Positions 39,454-48,766 of a DNA stretch of 64,000 nucleotides are shown in pieces. The DNA is from an uncultured Pseudomonadota bacterium. GTDB lineage: Bacteria; Pseudomonadota; Gammaproteobacteria; Competibacterales; Competibacteraceae. Below the pieces are notes generated by a model. The model saw only the letters and a list, made by a program, of their open reading frames with translations. It ran no database searches and had not been told where the DNA came from. The translations under genes and the position numbers were made by a program. The stretch spans positions 241,442-305,441 of the forward strand of contig CAVPSQ010000003.1 of assembly GCA_963708455.1 (NCBI GenBank), given 5' to 3'. Position 1 is the first letter of the stretch, and each line of letters starts with the position of its first letter.

Positions 39454-41306
39454 ACGCCTGGACCAATCGTATCCTACGGCTGCTAATCGGACTGCTGCTA
39501 TGGAGTGGGTTGGCTTCCGGCGATACGGATACCCCGCTCAACCCCCGTGCCCAGGTGCAGTTTTACATCACCACCTACAGCCTCGTGGACCCGCGTGAAC
39601 AGCCGCTGGTGGCGCGGGCCTATCGGATTTTCGAGGAACTGCGGCGGGTGGCCGAGCAGCCGGCCCGTCGTCAGCCGCAGTTGAAAATCGTCAACAGTCC
39701 GGGCGATCCCTGGGCGATTGCGTTGCCCGACGGCTTTATCGTGCTGTCCCGACGGGCGGTCGAGCTGGCCTATCAGGGGGTCGGTCAGCCGGAGGGCGAT
39801 GCCCGGCTGGCGTTCATTCTGGGTCACGAATTGGCTCATTTGGCCAAGGACGATTTCTGGCACCTGGAGGTCTATCAGGCGCTGGCCGGTGATCCCGAGC
39901 CGGCGGCGGTGACGTTGCGCCGGTTGCTGGAGCAGCAGGCCGATGTTCAGGGCGCCGAGGTCGAGCCGCGCTGGCGAGCGCTGCGTCTGAAAGAAGCCGA
40001 AGCCGATGATCGCGGCTTTCTGTACGCCGGATTGGCCGGCTATCGGGTGGATACGCTGCTGGGAGAACCCGGCGCGGGGAAAGCGGATTTTTTCCAATAC
40101 TGGCTGAGCCAGACCCAGGCTCGGCTGGACCCCTCCCATCCCGATCCGGCGGAGCGGGCCACGCTGCTGCGCGTGCAGTTGGGCCGGTTGCAGGAGAAAC
40201 TGGAGTTCTTCCACACCGGCGTGCGGCTGACCCATTTCGGCGCGTATGCCGACGCCGAGTATTTCCTGCGCGAGTTTCAGACGGTGTTTCCCGGTCGCGA
40301 GGTGCATAACAATCTGGGTTACGGCTATCTGCAACGGGCACGGCGGGAACTGCCGCCCAGTCTGGCCTACCGTTATTGTCTGCCCACCCTGCTCGATACC
40401 ACGACCCGCGCCGCCGCTATCGTCCAGCGGGGCGGCGGCGAAGAGACGGCGGCGATCACGGCGGAAGCCCGCACCCTGCTCATGCAGGCGGTGGATGCGC
40501 TCAACCGCGCGGTCGCAGCGGATTCGACCTATCTGCCGGCCCGGCTCAATCTGGCGGCGGCGTATTTTTATCTGAATGAAATCTACCAGGCCCGCGCCGT
40601 CATCGAGGCGGCGCGAAAGTTGGCGCCGGACGACCGGGAGGTGCAGAACCTGCGCGCCCTGATTCTCTATCGGGAAGGGGTGGACGCCGACACCTGGCCC
40701 AGCGCCCTCAAGTTGCTCGAAGACCTGGCGGCCCAACCACAAGCCTCGGCGTGCATGACCTACAACCTGGCGCAACTGCTGGAAGAACGGCAGCGTAGCG
40801 CCAAAGCCAGAGCGGTCTGGACCACGCTGGCCAAGCGCCTGCCGGAATTACCGCTACCTTACCGGCAGACGGTGTGCGAACACGCCGCGACGGAGGCCGT
40901 CTGCCGAGCGCTGACCACTGCTCCGGCCAAGGTCGCGGCGCCACCCTGGCCGCTGCCGGCGCCGCTGGGACTGGATTTGCTCCAGGAACCAGACCGCGTC
41001 AAACGGTATCTGACCGGCTGGACGGCAACCGCGTTCGACTGGCAACAACCGGGCCTGAAGGGGCATCTGTACCGCGGACCGCAAGGAGCGTCGGTGCTGG
41101 AACTGGACGGTTATGTGGAACTGGTGGTGCTGCGGGGCGAAGGGCTGGGAACAGAGGACACCTTGCGCAACGGCTGTGGTCAGCCGACTCTGCAACAGCC
41201 GGTGGTCGGCGGCACGCTCTGGTCGTATGGCAACCAGTGGGCCGCGCTGGTGCGGGATAGGCAGGTGGCGGAAGTGTGGGTCAAACGGCAGCCGGTCCGC
41301 CCGTGA
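39450..41306 (+). CDS. Exported M48-family zinc metalloprotease with TPR region and unknown C-terminal domain
   Basis: Signal peptide MNAWTNRILRLLIGLLLWSGLASG. HExxH in ILGHELAHLAKDD, third-ligand block KEAEADDRGFLYAGLAGY, then SHPDPAERA. TPR-like helices and a beta-rich tail of about 150 aa follow. Confidence 0.8.
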   Translation: MNAWTNRILRLLIGLLLWSGLASGDTDTPLNPRAQVQFYITTYSLVDPREQPLVARAYRIFEELRRVAEQPARRQPQLKIVNSPGDPWAIALPDGFIVLSRRAVELAYQGVGQPEGDARLAFILGHELAHLAKDDFWHLEVYQALAGDPEPAAVTLRRLLEQQADVQGAEVEPRWRALRLKEAEADDRGFLYAGLAGYRVDTLLGEPGAGKADFFQYWLSQTQARLDPSHPDPAERATLLRVQLGRLQEKLEFFHTGVRLTHFGAYADAEYFLREFQTVFPGREVHNNLGYGYLQRARRELPPSLAYRYCLPTLLDTTTRAAAIVQRGGGEETAAITAEARTLLMQAVDALNRAVAADSTYLPARLNLAAAYFYLNEIYQARAVIEAARKLAPDDREVQNLRALILYREGVDADTWPSALKLLEDLAAQPQASACMTYNLAQLLEERQRSAKARAVWTTLAKRLPELPLPYRQTVCEHAATEAVCRALTTAPAKVAAPPWPLPAPLGLDLLQEPDRVKRYLTGWTATAFDWQQPGLKGHLYRGPQGASVLELDGYVELVVLRGEGLGTEDTLRNGCGQPTLQQPVVGGTLWSYGNQWAALVRDRQVAEVWVKRQPVRP

Positions 41307-41385
41307 GTCGGGGGTAAAGCGACACGAGAAGACAAAGGTTCAAGTTGTGTCCGTCTATTGAGGGCAGCAACCGTTTGAGGAGAGC

Positions 41386-44300
41386 ATGATGAATTACCGC
41401 AAAGGTTTACAAATCTTGATGATGGTGGTGGTGTTGGTGGGTATAGGGGTGCTGAGCGCAGAGGCTCAGGAGCCGACATCCAATCCGGCTTGGCAACAGT
41501 GGAACGCCCTGCAAGATCAGGTTGCTGCGCGCTATCAAGCTAGGGATTATGCCGGCGCCGAGCGGCTTGCACGACAGGCGCTGGCGGTGGCGGAGCGTGC
41601 AGTTGGTTCCGAGCATCCCGCCACCGCCACCAGTCTCAGCAACCTGGCCGTGGTGCTGGGTAAGCAGGGCCGGTATGGGGAGGCCGAGCCGCTCCACCGC
41701 CGCGCCCTGGCGATTTGGGAGAAGGTGCTGGGCGCCGAGCATCCCAACACCGCCACCAGTCTCAACAACCTGGCCGAAGTGCTGCGGGTCCAGGGCCGCT
41801 ACGGGGAAGCCGAGCCACTGTGCCGTCGCGCCCTGGCGATTGACGAGAAAGTGCAGGGGGCCGAGCATCCCGACACCGCTCTCAGTCTCAACAACCTGGC
41901 CGCGGTGCTGCAGGTCCAGGGCCGGTACGGGGAGGCCGAGCCGCTCTACCGCCGCGCCTTGGCGATTGCCGAGAAGGTACTGGGGGTTGAGCATCCCAAC
42001 ACCGCCATCAGTCTCAGCAACCTGGCCGTGGTGCTGGGTAAGCAGGGCCGGTACGGGGAGGCCGAACTACTCCACCGCCGCGTCCTGGCGATTCGGGAGA
42101 AAGTGCTGGGGGTCGAGCATCCCGCCACCGCCACCAGTCTCAACAACCTAGCCGCGGTGCTGAAGGATCAGGGCCACTACGGGGAAGCCGAGCCGCTCCT
42201 CCGCCGCGCACTGGCGATTTGGGAGAAAGTGCTGGGGGCCGAGCATCCCGATACCGCCCTCAGTTTAAACAACCTGGCCGCGGTGCTGAAGGATCAGGGC
42301 CACTACGGAGAGGCTGAGTCGCTCCTCCGCCGCGCCCTGGCGATTAACGAGAAAGCGCTGGGGGCCGAGCATCCCGACACCGCCACCAGTCTCAACAACC
42401 TGGCCGCGGTGCTGGACCACCAGGGCCGCTACGGGGAGGCCGAGCCGCTTTACCGTCGCGCTCTGGCGATTCAAGAGAAAGCGATGGGGGCCGAGCATCC
42501 CGACACCGCTCTCAGTATCAACAACCTGGCCGTGGTGCTGGGTAAGCAGGGCCGGTATGGGGAGGCCGAGCCGCTCTACCGCCGCGCCCTAGCGATTCGG
42601 GAGAAAGCGCTGGGGGCCGAGCATCCCGACACCGCCACCAGTCTCAACAACCTGGCTATGGTGCTGAAGGATCAGGGCCACTACGGAGAGGCTGAGTCGC
42701 TCCTCCGCCGCGCCCTGGCGATTAACGAGAAAGCGCTGGGGGCCGAGCATCCCGACACCGCCACCAGTCTCAACAACCTGGCCGCGGTGCTGGACCACCA
42801 GGGCCGCTACGGGGAGGCCGAGCCGCTCTACCGCCGCGCCCTAGCGATTCGGGAGAAAGCGCTGGGGGCCGAGCATCCCGACACCGCCACCAGTCTCAAC
42901 AACCTGGCCTTGGTGCTGGGTGCCCAGAGCCGGCCTGGGGAGGCCGAGCCACTTTTCCGGCGCGCCGTGGCCATTGATCAGCAGGCTGAAGAACCGGCCA
43001 TGCTTCTCCTTCACAGTCGCAACTTGGGTTTCTTCCTGGTAAAACGGGGTCGTCTCCAAGACGCCGCCCCCCACTACCGTACCGCCATCGACACCCTGGA
43101 CCGGCTGTTTGCCTACACCCAAGGTCTGCCCGAGGAAGCCCGCCAGACCTTCCTGGGGCAGTATGCCTACGTTTACCGCGAATTCATCGACCTGCTGCTG
43201 AAGCTGCACGAGCAAGACTCCAAGGCCGGCTACGACCGGGAGGTGCTCGCCGTCGCCTCCCGTAACCAGAGCCGGATCTTCAGCGAACTGCTGCGGCAGG
43301 CGGATGTACAGAAATTCTCGGCTGAGCCAGCCTTCGTCACTATCCAGCAACGCTGGCAAGACCTGCAAACTCAACTCGCCACTCTGCGCGGGAAACGGGC
43401 CACCATCCCCATCAGCGAACCGGAGGCGGAAACCCGTAAAGCTAATCTCACCCAGGAAATCGCCAAAGCTGACGCTGAGCTGAACAAGGTTACGGAACAA
43501 TTGCAGCGCGACTATCCGCGTTTCCTGGAACTCCAGCAACCGGCGCCGGTGACGCTAGTGCAACTGCAACAGACCCTTTTGCGCCCCGATGAAGTCCTGC
43601 TCAGCTTTGTTCTGCTCAAGGACCGCACCGTGCTGCTGGCCGTCACCCCGAAGAACTTTACCCTCCACACGGTCGCCGTGTCTGAAAAAGCCATGACCGA
43701 GCGTGTCGACAAAATCCGCCAGCCGCTGGAACAGGTCGCTCAACTCAACAAACTGGACCCGGAGGAGTTGTATAAGCTGTATCAAGACCTCATCGCCCCG
43801 GTCGAGGACACCCTGCACGGTGCCCAGCGGGTGCTGGTGGTAGCCGATGGCGCCCTCTACAACCTGCCGCTGGAACTGCTGGTGACAGCCTACGGCGAAC
43901 CGGAACAGCGGGCGTTCCGGCAGGCCCAACGGGATGCCGATGGCAGCAGCGCCGAGCACCCCCAGCTGGGCGAATACGCCACCCTCCCGTACCTGGCCGA
44001 CCGCTACCGCTTCAGCTATCTGCCCAGCCTGGCGGCGCTGGTCTCGCAGCGCAACTACCAGAAACCGTCGGTACCGCTGACCCGCAATCTGGTCGCCTTT
44101 GCCGATCCGATCTTCGAGCCGGAACAGGGTAAGTCCCCGGCCAAGCCGACCTCGGCAGCCACCAAAGGCTATTCCGCCGCCACCCAGGCCACCTTGCAGT
44201 TGCTGGCTCGCAGCGGGATGGACAGTCAGTTGCCCCGATTACCGGAAACCGCCGACGAAGTCCGCGCCATGGCCAAGCTCGTGGGCGCCAACTCCCAGCT

Positions 44301-44907
44301 TTACCTGCGCGACAAAGCCCAGGAATACACCGCCAAAGACTTGGCCAAGAAGGGCGACCTGAACGGATTACGGTATCTGGTATTCTCCACCCACGGTCTG
44401 CTCGGTGGCAAGTTCCGGCCAGAGCAGCAGGCGCAAACATCCCCGTCAACCCTGAGCCTGGACCGGCCCCTCCCGGCCACTCCTATCGAAAAGCTCGGCC
44501 AACCGGCGCTGGCGCTGACCCTGGTCGGTGACCTCCACGACGAAGACGGCTTACTGACCATGAGCGAAGTGCTCGGTCTGGACATCAACACCGACTTGGT
44601 CGTGCTATCCGCTTGCAACACGGCGGGCGAGAAACCCAACCAGGGTGAAGGTTTCGTCGGCCTGACCCGTTCGTTCCTGTATGCCGGCGCCCGCCGCCTG
44701 CTGGTCAGCCACTGGAAGGTCGCCAGCGAGTCCACCCGCGACCTGATGGTCGCCACCTTTACCCAACTGCAAGCCGGCCAGACCCCGCTCGACGCCCTGA
44801 CCGAGGCCCGCCGCCAGTTGCGGGGCCGGACCTGGAGCACCACATCCGGCCACGTTTCCCTTGCCCATCCTTACTTCTGGGCGCCGTTCGTGGTGGTGGG
44901 GGATTAA
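41386..44907 (+). CDS. Exported TPR-CHAT (caspase-like) protease
   Basis: 1173 aa. Signal or anchor peptide MMNYRKGLQILMMVVVLVGIGVLSAEA, then 11 consecutive 42-aa TPR units. The C-terminal CHAT domain has His context YLVFSTHGLL and Cys context LVVLSACNTAG. Confidence 0.85.
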   Translation: MMNYRKGLQILMMVVVLVGIGVLSAEAQEPTSNPAWQQWNALQDQVAARYQARDYAGAERLARQALAVAERAVGSEHPATATSLSNLAVVLGKQGRYGEAEPLHRRALAIWEKVLGAEHPNTATSLNNLAEVLRVQGRYGEAEPLCRRALAIDEKVQGAEHPDTALSLNNLAAVLQVQGRYGEAEPLYRRALAIAEKVLGVEHPNTAISLSNLAVVLGKQGRYGEAELLHRRVLAIREKVLGVEHPATATSLNNLAAVLKDQGHYGEAEPLLRRALAIWEKVLGAEHPDTALSLNNLAAVLKDQGHYGEAESLLRRALAINEKALGAEHPDTATSLNNLAAVLDHQGRYGEAEPLYRRALAIQEKAMGAEHPDTALSINNLAVVLGKQGRYGEAEPLYRRALAIREKALGAEHPDTATSLNNLAMVLKDQGHYGEAESLLRRALAINEKALGAEHPDTATSLNNLAAVLDHQGRYGEAEPLYRRALAIREKALGAEHPDTATSLNNLALVLGAQSRPGEAEPLFRRAVAIDQQAEEPAMLLLHSRNLGFFLVKRGRLQDAAPHYRTAIDTLDRLFAYTQGLPEEARQTFLGQYAYVYREFIDLLLKLHEQDSKAGYDREVLAVASRNQSRIFSELLRQADVQKFSAEPAFVTIQQRWQDLQTQLATLRGKRATIPISEPEAETRKANLTQEIAKADAELNKVTEQLQRDYPRFLELQQPAPVTLVQLQQTLLRPDEVLLSFVLLKDRTVLLAVTPKNFTLHTVAVSEKAMTERVDKIRQPLEQVAQLNKLDPEELYKLYQDLIAPVEDTLHGAQRVLVVADGALYNLPLELLVTAYGEPEQRAFRQAQRDADGSSAEHPQLGEYATLPYLADRYRFSYLPSLAALVSQRNYQKPSVPLTRNLVAFADPIFEPEQGKSPAKPTSAATKGYSAATQATLQLLARSGMDSQLPRLPETADEVRAMAKLVGANSQLYLRDKAQEYTAKDLAKKGDLNGLRYLVFSTHGLLGGKFRPEQQAQTSPSTLSLDRPLPATPIEKLGQPALALTLVGDLHDEDGLLTMSEVLGLDINTDLVVLSACNTAGEKPNQGEGFVGLTRSFLYAGARRLLVSHWKVASESTRDLMVATFTQLQAGQTPLDALTEARRQLRGRTWSTTSGHVSLAHPYFWAPFVVVGD
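42283..42827. repeat. Internal duplication with a 378-bp period (3 TPR units) inside the TPR-CHAT gene
   Basis: 42283-42449 and 42661-42827 are identical over 167 bp by direct comparison. The basic unit period is 126 bp. Confidence 0.9.
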
Positions 44908-44918
44908 GTGATTGACGG

Positions 44919-45800
44919 CTATCCCTGGCGCTGGAGCCACGCCATAAGTTCGGCAGGGGTGCGCCAATCCAGCAGAGCCTCCCCCAGCGCCTCCAACTCC
45001 GCCACCGGCAAGGTCCGAATCCGGCTCTCCACTTCCGTCGGCACCGCTCCCAGCCGGCGGTGCAAGAGCCGTAGCACCAGCGCCGCTGCTTCTTGCTGCT
45101 GGCCCTCGGTGCGGCCTTCGGCGTGCCCTTCGGTGCGCCCTTCGGCGAACACGTCTTGATAGAAGCGGGTTTGTTTCAACTCGACATCAGGTAAGTGCAA
45201 CATGCGTTGAATCTCCTCGCGCGATAAATGCGGCAGCTTGTACACCACAATCGTTTCGATCAAATCCAGCCACCCTGTCCAGTCGGGGTCCGCTGTTGGA
45301 CCACCCCGGACCTGCAACAGCGCTTGCGCCTGACTCACCGCTTCTTCCGGTTCGGCGACGATCAATTGGATCAGTTGCAAGCCTGGCGTCAGATCGGCGC
45401 GTCCCTTCAAGTCTTCGAGATAAACCCGCTTGACCCAGGGACTGTCCAGCAGCGGCTGGTAGGCTGTCGGCGGCTGAGGGTCTGCCTTCCGACTCGGAAA
45501 AATCACCACCGCCCGCCACGGTCCCTGCCACCGTCGCCGGTACAGAAACAGAAAAATCTGGGTAAACCAACGACTGTAGAAGTCGTTATTCAGTTGAAAC
45601 TGCGTCTCGACAAACACCCCTGGCAGGTGGGGCAGTTCCGGCGGTGGCAGTAGCAACCCATCGAGCCGGAAGCTGGTCTGTTTCACCTCTTCGGCATGCA
45701 GCGTGTAGACCGCCCCGGCAGGCGCCGGCCAATCAGCGAGTTCAAACACCAACCCCGGCAGTTCTTGAAACAAGCGGTAGAACAGACTATCAGTTTTCAT
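44919..45800 (-). CDS. Rpn-family recombination-promoting nuclease / putative transposase (PD-(D/E)XK plus DUF4351-like tail)
   Basis: Start at MKTDSLFYRLFQELPGLVFELA within ORF 44919..45866. Core FRLDGLL...GVFVETQFQ. EGRTEG repeats and a C-terminal LPVAELEALGEALLDW tail. Confidence 0.75.
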   Translation of the reverse strand: MKTDSLFYRLFQELPGLVFELADWPAPAGAVYTLHAEEVKQTSFRLDGLLLPPPELPHLPGVFVETQFQLNNDFYSRWFTQIFLFLYRRRWQGPWRAVVIFPSRKADPQPPTAYQPLLDSPWVKRVYLEDLKGRADLTPGLQLIQLIVAEPEEAVSQAQALLQVRGGPTADPDWTGWLDLIETIVVYKLPHLSREEIQRMLHLPDVELKQTRFYQDVFAEGRTEGHAEGRTEGQQQEAAALVLRLLHRRLGAVPTEVESRIRTLPVAELEALGEALLDWRTPAELMAWLQRQG

Positions 45801-45916
45801 AAAATTGCCTGAGAGTAGAGGCACATTATTCGGCCCAGGAACCGAAACCAGCGACAAAGCAATCAACGCGGTCCGTCTATTCTGATCGACTAGAACATAC
45901 AGGCACTTATCCTAAC

Positions 45917-47416
45917 ATGCGTGAAGAGCCATCACCTGAACCCGCTGCAACGTCGCGCCTGGCTTGGTTGATCGGACTGCCAGCCCGAATCGGGATCGCT
46001 TTCCGACATCTTGGACAGAGATTGTCGAGCGTGAAACAGCGCGTGCAGCACGAGTGGCAGGCGCGGAGCGCTTTCCAGCGACATCTTCTAATCGGTTTGC
46101 TGGCGGGCGTTATCATCGAAATCGCCCTCCATTTCCTGCACCATCACCTGACTTTGCTTCAGGAACTCGAAGACATGGCTATCGACGTGATCATGAATCT
46201 TCAGCAGGCCACCACGATCGACAAACCGGCCATACCCTTCGTGATACTGGACATCGACGAGCCGACCTATCGCGCCTGGGACGAGCCTTTTCACGTTCCG
46301 CGCGACCGCTTGCTCAAGCTGATCGACTACGCGGTGCAGGGTGGGGCGGCGCTGGTGATCGTGGATGTCGACCTGAGCCAGCGCGGGCATGATCCGCTGG
46401 CCGATCAAGCGCTGCAGGACTATCTGGCCAACTATGGCGCCGCCGGTAAGCCGCCACTGCTGCTGGCGCGCGCCTTCCGCCCACCGTTGCCGGGGCAGCA
46501 TGCTCTACCGACCGAGCGGCGCTCTTTTCTGGAGCAGGAGACCCGCCTTGCCGCTGCGCCCCTGATCCAGTGGGGATCGACCCTGTTCGAACTGGACCAG
46601 GGGCAACTGCTGCGACGCTGGCGCCTGTGGCAGATCACCTGCGATGAACAGACCCAGCAGCCGGTGGTGATCCCTTCCCTGCAACTGCTGGCGGTCGCTT
46701 TGCTGCGTCAACCCCATGAGGACCCTGGAACAGTGGCCGGGCAGGTGCACACGGCCTTGCAGACGCTGGCGCCGGCCCAGTGTGACGGGCGTCCTTCCCA
46801 TCATCACGAGGAAACGCTTGTCATTGCCGGTATGAAACTGAGCGCCCAGCCGCAAGGGATAGCCCAACGCATCCTCTATGAATTGCCCTGGCAACTGCAT
46901 TCCGGCGAGGCTTATCCAACCCTGCCTCGACCGGATGGAACCTTGGCGCCTCTCTTATCGGTCTTCAGCGCTCTGCCCATTACCGCTGGAACCAAGCCGG
47001 TGGCCAGCGATGCCGTCACCGGGCGGGTGGTAGTTATCGGCGGCAGCTTCTGGGAGAGCCGCGATCTGTACCTGACGCCACTGGGCCAGATGCCGGGTTT
47101 TCTGGTGCTGGTCAACGCCATTCATTCCCTGCACCAGCATGAAGAAATCAAACCGCCGTCCCTGTATCTCAAGTTGCTGATCACCGTGGTATTGATCGTC
47201 CTGAGCAGCCTGATTTTTGCCAGCCTACGCTCGTTCCGAGCGATGCTGGCCGCCAGTCTGGTCATCATCGTCGCCCTGCTGCCGGTCAGCTATTGCTGGT
47301 TCAAGGCCGGAGTCTGGCTGGATTTCGTGATTCCTTTTTGCGCCGTGGCGCTGCACTGGATGGCCGCTCGTTTCGAGGAACATCGGCATGCCCGGCACGG
47401 CATCACGACCCATTGA
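45917..47416 (+). CDS. Stand-alone CHASE2-domain membrane protein (copy 2, near-identical to 34564..36114)
   Basis: 499 aa. Almost base-for-base identical to copy 1 at an offset of about 11.3 kb. Confidence 0.75.
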   Translation: MREEPSPEPAATSRLAWLIGLPARIGIAFRHLGQRLSSVKQRVQHEWQARSAFQRHLLIGLLAGVIIEIALHFLHHHLTLLQELEDMAIDVIMNLQQATTIDKPAIPFVILDIDEPTYRAWDEPFHVPRDRLLKLIDYAVQGGAALVIVDVDLSQRGHDPLADQALQDYLANYGAAGKPPLLLARAFRPPLPGQHALPTERRSFLEQETRLAAAPLIQWGSTLFELDQGQLLRRWRLWQITCDEQTQQPVVIPSLQLLAVALLRQPHEDPGTVAGQVHTALQTLAPAQCDGRPSHHHEETLVIAGMKLSAQPQGIAQRILYELPWQLHSGEAYPTLPRPDGTLAPLLSVFSALPITAGTKPVASDAVTGRVVVIGGSFWESRDLYLTPLGQMPGFLVLVNAIHSLHQHEEIKPPSLYLKLLITVVLIVLSSLIFASLRSFRAMLAASLVIIVALLPVSYCWFKAGVWLDFVIPFCAVALHWMAARFEEHRHARHGITTH

Positions 47417-47444
47417 ATTCAAAACTTGTTCTGGCTAATCATCA

Positions 47445-47704
47445 GCGACGCTCAACGCCAGGCAACGGTAGCTATCGAGGTCGTGCCGGCCATCCCGTTG
47501 CTACCTCCGGCGACATTAGCAGGCATCACAGATGCCGACATCCGGCAAACTCTGGAAGCGCTGTGGCTGGCGAGCCAGGGCGAAGTCTGGCGGCTGGAAG
47601 CCTATCAACGAGTGATGCCGCTGGAAGGGCAACACCGGCCGGCACGGTTACTGCGCTACAGTCTGGAGAAGGGGCAGGCGCCACCACCGGTCAAGGCGGA
47701 CTGA
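47445..47704 (+). pseudogene. 3' remnant of the secreted-protein gene (equivalent of about 36140-36770 deleted)
   Basis: DAQRQATVAIEVVPAIPLLPPATLAGITDADIRQTLEALWLASQGEVWRLEAYQRVMPLEGQHRPARLLRYSLEKGQAPPPVKAD matches the last 86 or so residues of 36144..37031. Confidence 0.85.
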
Positions 47705-47731
47705 GCGGATAGGTCTGAGCAAGGGGGGTTA

Positions 47732-48637
47732 CTATCTCTGTCGCTGGAGCCACGCCATGAGTTCGGCAGGGGTATGCCAATCCAGCAGGGCTTCCCCCAG
47801 CGCTTCCAATTCCGCCACCGGCAAGGCCCGAATCTGGTTCTCCACTTCCGCTGATACCGTGCCGAGCCGGCGGTGCAAGAGCCGGAGCACCAGCGCCGCC
47901 GCCTCTTGCTGTTGGCCTTCGGTGCGCCCTTCGGCACGGCCTTCAGTACGCCCTTCGACACGACCTTCAGTACGCCCTTCGGCGAACACGTCTTGATAGA
48001 AGCGGGTTTGTTTCAACTCGACCTCGGGTAAGTGCAACATACGTTGAATCTCCTCGCGTGATAAATGCGGCAGCTTGTAAACCACAATCGTTTCGATCAA
48101 ATCCAGCCACCCCGGCCAATCGGGGTCCGCTGTTGGACCACCCCGGACCTGCAACAGCGCCTGCGCCTGACTCACCGCCTCGTCCGGTTCGGCGACGATC
48201 AATTGCATCAATTGCAAGCCCGGCGTCAGGTCGGCGCGTCCCTTCAAGTCTTCGAGATAAACCCGCTTGACCCAGGGACTGTCCAGCAGCGGCCGGTAGG
48301 CTGTCGGCGGCTGAGGGTCTGCCTTCCGACTCGGAAAAATCACTACCGCCCGCCACGGTCCCTGCCACCGTCGCCGGTAGAGAAACAGAAAAATCTGGGT
48401 AAACCAACGACTGTAGAAGTCGTTATTCAGTTGAAACTGCGTCTCGACAAACACCCCGGGCAGATCGGGTGATTCCGGCGGTGGCAGTAACAGCCCATCG
48501 AGCCGGAAGCTGGTCTGTTTCACCTCTTCGGCATGCAGGGTATAAACCGCCCCGGCCGGTACCGGCCAATCAGCAAGTTCAAACACCAATCCCGGTTGTT
48601 CCTGAAACAGCCGGTAGAACAGGCTATCGGTTTTCAT
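47732..48637 (-). CDS. Rpn-family recombination-promoting nuclease / putative transposase (second copy)
   Basis: 301 aa. Roughly 90% identical to 44919..45800 by eye, with one more EGRTEG-type repeat unit. Confidence 0.75.
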   Translation of the reverse strand: MKTDSLFYRLFQEQPGLVFELADWPVPAGAVYTLHAEEVKQTSFRLDGLLLPPPESPDLPGVFVETQFQLNNDFYSRWFTQIFLFLYRRRWQGPWRAVVIFPSRKADPQPPTAYRPLLDSPWVKRVYLEDLKGRADLTPGLQLMQLIVAEPDEAVSQAQALLQVRGGPTADPDWPGWLDLIETIVVYKLPHLSREEIQRMLHLPEVELKQTRFYQDVFAEGRTEGRVEGRTEGRAEGRTEGQQQEAAALVLRLLHRRLGTVSAEVENQIRALPVAELEALGEALLDWHTPAELMAWLQRQR

Positions 48638-48766
48638 AAAATTGCCGAGAGTAAAGGCGAACCATTCAGATCTGGAGCGGTGGAGATACGTTGGTCATTA
48701 TGCCACGCTCAGCGGGCATTGAGAGGAACAGGAAAAGGCGCATGATGAGGATGGTAAACTTAAAAG

